Below the pieces are notes generated by a model. It was not told the origin of the DNA. It saw only the letters and a list, made by a program, of their open reading frames with translations, and did no database searches. A program made the position numbers and the translations under genes. Of a stretch of 64,000 nucleotides of DNA, positions 59,414 through 64,000 are shown piece after piece; the stretch's first letter is position 1; the number at the start of each line of letters is the position of its first letter. The DNA is from a bacterium (GTDB lineage Bacteria > Patescibacteriota > Minisyncoccia > Minisyncoccales > UBA10102): positions 237,088 to 301,087 of the forward strand of contig JAUSJT010000004.1 of assembly GCA_030647485.1 (NCBI GenBank), written 5' to 3'.

Positions 59414-60651
59414 TCTACTGATTTTAAGAATTTGGCTATAGTTTCTGCATCCTTTTGCGAAATGCGGATATGGGTTGGAAGATTAAGAGTTATCTTTGCC
59501 AATCTCTCTGCAATGGGACAACTTCCCATACTATACCCAACTGCATCCAATTGAGTATCATGCGGAGCAATAGGAGTAGTATACCAGTCCCCTATCAACA
59601 AATTTTGCGACCACGCCTTTTTTATAATTTCGTGGGCGTTGGGATGTACCACGGGAAACCGAAGAAAAATATTGCCCTCTTGGTATTTAGTATCTAGTAT
59701 TTTGTATTTTGTATTTGATAACTCTTTTACGTACAGCGCCGCAATCTGCTTCCTGTGTGTATTGAAACGTTCCAGCTTTGCAAACTGATGAAACGCAAGA
59801 ATCGCTAAGACATTGGGCAGGCGCCTTGGAAAATACCCTGGCATCTTTCCTCTTTTCTCTTTCCAGTGCACCGCCTTGGAAAGAATGTGCAGCCACTGAA
59901 AAAAAATCAAAAGGTATTTCCCGAGAAGTCCGTATGTAGGAAGTATAATCCAGTTCATTAAAATAGGGTGTAGGAGCTGTTGGGCAATCCAGCATAGCGA
60001 CGGATACCCGACAGTCTCTTGGAACTTCTTTAAGTTCTCTGCCAACACAGGGTCATTGGTTGTTGCCATGCCTCCGTACACGCAAGAGATAACTTTATCT
60101 CTTGAAAAGCTGAAGAATGCTGCCTCCCCAAATGTTCCTACCTTCTTTCCTTTATACGTTGCTCCTAGAGCATGGGCGCAATCCTCAACAAGGATAATGT
60201 TGCGGCGATTGCAGATCTCCATAATGCGATCCATGTCTGCAGGCAGACCAAACGTATGCTGTATGATCACAACTCTGCTCTTTGGCGTAATCTTTTTCTC
60301 CAAATCCACAGGATTAATATTAAAATCGTCTTCCCTGCAGTCAACATACACTGGCTTTAATCCTGCCCAGAGCACAGGATTTGGCACTGCGTTGCAGGTA
60401 AAAGTCTGCAAGAGTACCTCATCTCCTTGCTGTAAACCAAGAGAACGTAGAATTGCAAAAAGCGCAGACCGTCCGCTATTGAATGAATACGCGTACTCCG
60501 TTCCAATGTATTGGGTAAACTCTTGCTCTAGCGCGAGAGTTGAAGCTCCCTTCTTCCATAGCCATGGCTGTAAAAGAAGCTTAAAAGCAAGCAAGATATC
60601 GTCCTGTTCTGTGTTGGGAGATAAAGAAATAGATATCGGTTTTATTCTCAT
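59407..60651 (-). CDS. DegT/DnrJ/EryC1/StrS-family PLP-dependent aminotransferase
   Basis: 414 aa. ...FSFSRDKVISCVYGG... is in the position of the PLP-lysine region. The N-terminal pattern FEQEFTQYIG is typical. Confidence 0.75.
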   Translation of the reverse strand: MRIKPISISLSPNTEQDDILLAFKLLLQPWLWKKGASTLALEQEFTQYIGTEYAYSFNSGRSALFAILRSLGLQQGDEVLLQTFTCNAVPNPVLWAGLKPVYVDCREDDFNINPVDLEKKITPKSRVVIIQHTFGLPADMDRIMEICNRRNIILVEDCAHALGATYKGKKVGTFGEAAFFSFSRDKVISCVYGGMATTNDPVLAENLKKFQETVGYPSLCWIAQQLLHPILMNWIILPTYGLLGKYLLIFFQWLHILSKAVHWKEKRGKMPGYFPRRLPNVLAILAFHQFAKLERFNTHRKQIAALYVKELSNTKYKILDTKYQEGNIFLRFPVVHPNAHEIIKKAWSQNLLIGDWYTTPIAPHDTQLDAVGYSMGSCPIAERLAKITLNLPTHIRISQKDAETIAKFLKSVET

Positions 60652-62102
60652 ATCAAATACGAAAGTAACAATTGCGGAATCCTTCCTTCCAAAAGCACCA
60701 CGTCGCCTGCTTGCGTGGCGTTTTTTATCCTTTCAACAATCTCTATCGGATTTTCGATGAATAAAACTTTTTCGCTTCCTCCTGCTCCCTGTTGTATATC
60801 ATGAAACCTATCTCTCGTTGTAATAATTGCGAGGTCGCATACTTCTCCAATCTTTTCCCCTATTGCTTTATGCACCTCTCTTGAGGCGCTGCCAAGCTCA
60901 ATCAAGCAAGGCATGACAATAACCTTTTTTCCCGGCCATGTCTTCAGATACTCTAAGGCGGCAAGAACGCCATCTGGATTTGCAGAATATGTCGCCTCAA
61001 TAATAGTAAATCCGTCTTTCCCTTTTTGTATCTTGGCGCCAGGGAATCTTGTGTCGATTTCCTTTACGGCGCCTGAAATTTCTTCATCTGTCATTCCTAG
61101 CTCTTTGGCAACTGCCATGGCTCCTAATATATTTTCTTCGCCCAGGAAATTCGCTGCCTGACCATACAGCGCCTTCCTGATGTTCGTTTTGTTATAGAGT
61201 TCTACGCAATACTTATTTTTTGCGTTGAAAAAAGCGACTCCGCTCGCAGGCAAACTCTCAATAAGCTCATACTTTGCCTGTATGATGTTTTCTTGCGAAC
61301 CAAACGTTGCCATGTGTTGCTGGTTAATGCCAGTAAGAACGCCAATGCTTGGTTTTGCAATACTCGCCAAAAGTTTTATCCCCCCTTTGTTGTATGCGCC
61401 CATTTCGCAGACAAACACTTGGTGTTCTGGTTTCAACTCCTGCAAAATGCAGTTTGAAACGCCAACTTCGGAATTTTGATGCTCTTTTGTTTTGAGAACC
61501 TTGAACTTTTTTGAAAGAATATGAGCCAAAAACTCTTTGGTAGTGGTTTTCCCATAACTCCCCGTAATGCCAATAACAAGAAGATTAGGAAACTGCTTTC
61601 TTCTATTTTTTGCTTTGGCAATGATTCTGTTTCGCACTAAGACAGTCCAGGGCTGCAAGAGAAGTACAAGAAGAGAGAATATCTTGGGGGCTATAATATC
61701 AAACCCCAACAACAGCTGAAGATACCAAATACCAAAAGAACTCGTCACAACTCCGAGGAATACGATCTCTATCCCGAGTCCCAAGAGAACCAGAAGTCCT
61801 GTCTTTGCGGTCCATACTGGCTTCAAGAGTCTCTTTTGGAGTAACGCTTTGAATGTTAACGCTCCTTCAAGAATATAGATACCAAGTAAGAGAAGCGCTA
61901 CTTGGGGATACCAAAAGAGCATAGTAAACAACACGAGTTTCCCCAGAAATAAGGGGTTCAAAAAAATCTGCTTTCCTTTTGCAGTCCTGAAATGATCAAT
62001 GAACCTGCCGAGATGATAGTCTTTCAGCTGCCAAAGGTATATCCAAAACAGCAGCGCTTTTGTGGTACGGATAAACCAAAAAAAAGAAAAAAGAAATATC
62101 AT
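60648..62102 (-). CDS. murF: Mur ligase (MurF-like) with an about 165-aa polytopic membrane N-terminus in place of the usual N-domain
   Basis: ITGSYGKTTTKEF P-loop, central and C-terminal Mur ligase domains. The first about 165 aa form about 5-6 hydrophobic helices. Confidence 0.7.
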   Translation of the reverse strand: MIFLFSFFWFIRTTKALLFWIYLWQLKDYHLGRFIDHFRTAKGKQIFLNPLFLGKLVLFTMLFWYPQVALLLLGIYILEGALTFKALLQKRLLKPVWTAKTGLLVLLGLGIEIVFLGVVTSSFGIWYLQLLLGFDIIAPKIFSLLVLLLQPWTVLVRNRIIAKAKNRRKQFPNLLVIGITGSYGKTTTKEFLAHILSKKFKVLKTKEHQNSEVGVSNCILQELKPEHQVFVCEMGAYNKGGIKLLASIAKPSIGVLTGINQQHMATFGSQENIIQAKYELIESLPASGVAFFNAKNKYCVELYNKTNIRKALYGQAANFLGEENILGAMAVAKELGMTDEEISGAVKEIDTRFPGAKIQKGKDGFTIIEATYSANPDGVLAALEYLKTWPGKKVIVMPCLIELGSASREVHKAIGEKIGEVCDLAIITTRDRFHDIQQGAGGSEKVLFIENPIEIVERIKNATQAGDVVLLEGRIPQLLLSYLI

Positions 62103-62171
62103 GCTATCTCAAGAAAAAATAATAGTTTCGCTAATTACCATTTTCCCACGGCCGTAGAAAAGTGGTAATAC

Positions 62172-62705
62172 CTATAACTCGACTGCTTTAATAAGGAACA
62201 GTTTTACGCATCGTTCCAAGGCATATTCTCTCACAATTCTTTCTGTTTCTTCAAGTGCATCGTTCCCACACATCCATACACTCTGTTGAAGTTTTTTATA
62301 TCCCATTGTAACTAAGAACTCTCGAAAAATATCGCGAGTCTTTCTTTTTGCTTCCGGAATATCAAAAAACGCCATCACGAACCTTCCATCTCGTCTTGGT
62401 TTTTCTTGTATAAGTTTTAGCTTAATCTTTAAAGCCTTGTTTCTTCCTTTGGCGGTCAATAATACGCCTTCACCAGATTCCGTAGGCTTTATATATCCGT
62501 GTACCTTCAAATAGTGGACAAACTGACTAAATGTTTTTTTGCTTTTCTCTTGTTCATATGTTTTTTTGAGCTTATACCATTCTGGCGAAAGAACTGCTCT
62601 CATGGGACGGGGGGTGAGGAGTTTATACGTTTGATCGGCGTTCTCTAAAATTGTATAGAACTGCCAAAGAAATTTTTCAGTTAAAGGTAATCTCATATTT
62701 TTCAT
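62172..62705 (-). CDS. PaaX-like wHTH protein with a Cas2/VapD-like ferredoxin-fold C-domain
   Basis: FVMAFFDIPEAKRKTRDIFREFLVTMGYKKLQQSVWMC resembles the Cas2-like fold seen in PaaX C-domains. No CRISPR context. Confidence 0.5.
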   Translation of the reverse strand: MKNMRLPLTEKFLWQFYTILENADQTYKLLTPRPMRAVLSPEWYKLKKTYEQEKSKKTFSQFVHYLKVHGYIKPTESGEGVLLTAKGRNKALKIKLKLIQEKPRRDGRFVMAFFDIPEAKRKTRDIFREFLVTMGYKKLQQSVWMCGNDALEETERIVREYALERCVKLFLIKAVEL

Positions 62706-62717
62706 TGTACCATATTC

Positions 62718-63497
62718 CTACGGCCGTAGAAATGTGGTTATTTTTGCTACGAGCTGTTCTGGCATATGCCGTTCAATATTATGATCCCCTCCTGGAATAA
62801 TGGCAACCCTTGAGCTCTGGATGTGATTCTGGATAAAGTATGCATCTTGCAGGGGAACGACGTCATCTCTATCCCCCCAGATGATAAGCGTAGGAACCTT
62901 AATAGAGGGGAGATAATGAGAAAGGTCGTTCCGCATGACTTTCAGATATGTTTCTCTCATGATTCCTGAGGTATACGGATAATCGCTCTTGTCTATGAAA
63001 TACTTATACACTGCTTTCCTAAAAAGCGAATAAAAGGGAACAAAAGAAAACACTTTGAACACCTTTGAGATAATCCAGAATACTTTTTCCTTAAGGGTTC
63101 CCCTGCGCACAATAGCGCTTGCGAACAGCAGAAGCTTCTTTACTCTATGGGGAAACGTTGCCGCATATACTGCCCCTAATCCCCCGCCAAAGGAATGACC
63201 GAGTAAGTAGAATTCTTTCAAGCCAAGCTGTCCAACGAATTGTTCAATAAAACGGCAGTAGTCTTTTTCATTCCAAGCTACCGGAGGAATTGAGCTTTTC
63301 CCGAATCCTGACAAATCAGGAACAATAACTGAAAAATTGTGCTGCGAAAGCAATTTTGAGACTTGCGCCCATCTGTCACTCTTGGAACCCCATCCATGCA
63401 AAATCAAAATGGTGGGTCCCTGACCCACAATTTTGTAGTTTACTTCAAGACCACTGACTAAAATTTGCTTTTCTTCAAACCCTTGACCCGAGTTCAT
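62718..63497 (-). CDS. Alpha/beta-fold hydrolase
   Basis: HGWGS and the nucleophile elbow GHSFGG. 259 aa. Confidence 0.8.
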   Translation of the reverse strand: MNSGQGFEEKQILVSGLEVNYKIVGQGPTILILHGWGSKSDRWAQVSKLLSQHNFSVIVPDLSGFGKSSIPPVAWNEKDYCRFIEQFVGQLGLKEFYLLGHSFGGGLGAVYAATFPHRVKKLLLFASAIVRRGTLKEKVFWIISKVFKVFSFVPFYSLFRKAVYKYFIDKSDYPYTSGIMRETYLKVMRNDLSHYLPSIKVPTLIIWGDRDDVVPLQDAYFIQNHIQSSRVAIIPGGDHNIERHMPEQLVAKITTFLRP

Positions 63498-63559
63498 AGA
63501 ATGATATTATAAAATTGGTTCTTACTGAAAAGACTAAATCTGTGAAAGGAGTGAAAATA

Positions 63560-63646
63560 ATGAATAAGCGTATCGGCCTCCTTAGCCTGTTCGGTATCGT
63601 CGCGCTCCTTCTGGCCATAGTAGGGGCAATTACGGCCTTGTCCTAA
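63560..63646 (+). CDS. Tiny hydrophobic peptide (28 aa)
   Basis: Hand-read: MNKRIGLLSLFGIVALLLAIVGAITALS*. AGGAG lies about 10 nt upstream and a hairpin follows. Confidence 0.3.
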   Translation: MNKRIGLLSLFGIVALLLAIVGAITALS

Positions 63647-63697
63647 AAATGACGAAGCGCCACCGGAATTGCTCCTACGAGCCGGTCTTTTTTTAAG

Positions 63698-64000
63698 TTA
63701 GGCCGGCTTTTTTATTTCTTTTTTTCCTATATATTTTTGAAGAACTTTTGGAATTTTTACTGAACCGTCTTTCTGCTGATAGTTCTCGAGAATGGCAATA
63801 ATGGTCCTTCCAATTGCAAAGGCGGTAGCATCATTCATATGAACAAACTCGGTTCGGCCATCTTTCCTCTTCACCCTTATATTCAATCTCCGCGCCTGGA
63901 AATCCTGCATTAAGTCTGCAGAATGAGTTTCCCTGTACTTTCCCTGGCCTGGCAGCCATGTCTCAATATCAATTTGCCTGGCGTCTGGCTTACCCATGTC
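63698..64000 (-). CDS. serS: Seryl-tRNA synthetase, C-terminal part (gene continues beyond the window)
   Basis: ...IETWLPGQGKYRETHSADLMQDFQARRLNIR...NDATAFAIGRTIIAILENYQQKDGSVKIP is the SerRS motif-3 region. Confidence 0.9.
   Translation of the reverse strand, partial: DMGKPDARQIDIETWLPGQGKYRETHSADLMQDFQARRLNIRVKRKDGRTEFVHMNDATAFAIGRTIIAILENYQQKDGSVKIPKVLQKYIGKKEIKKPA

Noticed and set aside
60056-60760. 234-aa plus-strand ORF
   Set aside because: It is antisense to the DegT-type aminotransferase and the murF-like 3' end, and has no recognisable motif.
62172-62705. Cas2-like sequence pattern (…FFDIPEAKRKTRDIFREFLVTMGYKKLQQSVWMC), suggesting a CRISPR-Cas remnant
   Set aside because: There is no repeat-spacer array and no other cas gene anywhere in the window. 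The N-terminal wHTH plus Cas2-like fold is the PaaX-family layout, so I called it PaaX-like.

Overview
64-kb window from a small-genome bacterium. Core GC is about 45-55% by hand counts. Gene content and protein architecture look like Candidate Phyla Radiation/Patescibacteria; that placement is inference, not a search result. I call about 85 protein genes and 2 tRNAs (Ile-UAU, Lys-UUU). There is no rRNA and no CRISPR array. The core is mostly housekeeping genes: obg, hpf, rlmE, efp, fmt, aspS, gltX, part of serS, rpmA, rplI and pyrG. It also holds a large split cell-wall/division set: murC, a D-Ala-D-Ala carboxypeptidase, mraY, murD, ftsW, murG, ftsQ, a FemAB-family gene, a DegT-type aminotransferase and a murF-like gene. 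A CIRCE-controlled hrcA-grpE-dnaK-dnaJ operon is also present. Accessory content: two tandem RelE/YafQ-type TA pairs (1.9-3.05 kb), two low-GC cassettes between murG and gltX (25.3-27.8 kb), and a low-GC island downstream of a XerC/D-like recombinase (31.2-39.7 kb). The island carries a LAGLIDADG endonuclease, a methyltransferase module, a BcgI-like Type IIB RM pair with an extra 272-aa gene, Doc/AbrB TA, HD, cupin and a TspO-GerMN fusion. The most interesting signal is a recurring insertion architecture. The 3' end of a conserved gene is present three times on the same strand, and the copies bracket foreign cassettes. This happens at murG (once) and at the recombinase gene (once); at the recombinase gene the first cassette is a homing endonuclease that carries a recoded replacement of the host C-terminus. 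Other oddities include small palindromic repeat families (one lies inside a CDS), a duplicated tRNA-Lys 3' end, an orphan promoter-terminator unit, a GAD-less AspRS, a membrane-anchored MurF-like ligase and a PP-loop-like gene in the mur cluster. All calls come from reading the sequence and ORF track by eye; no searches were run.
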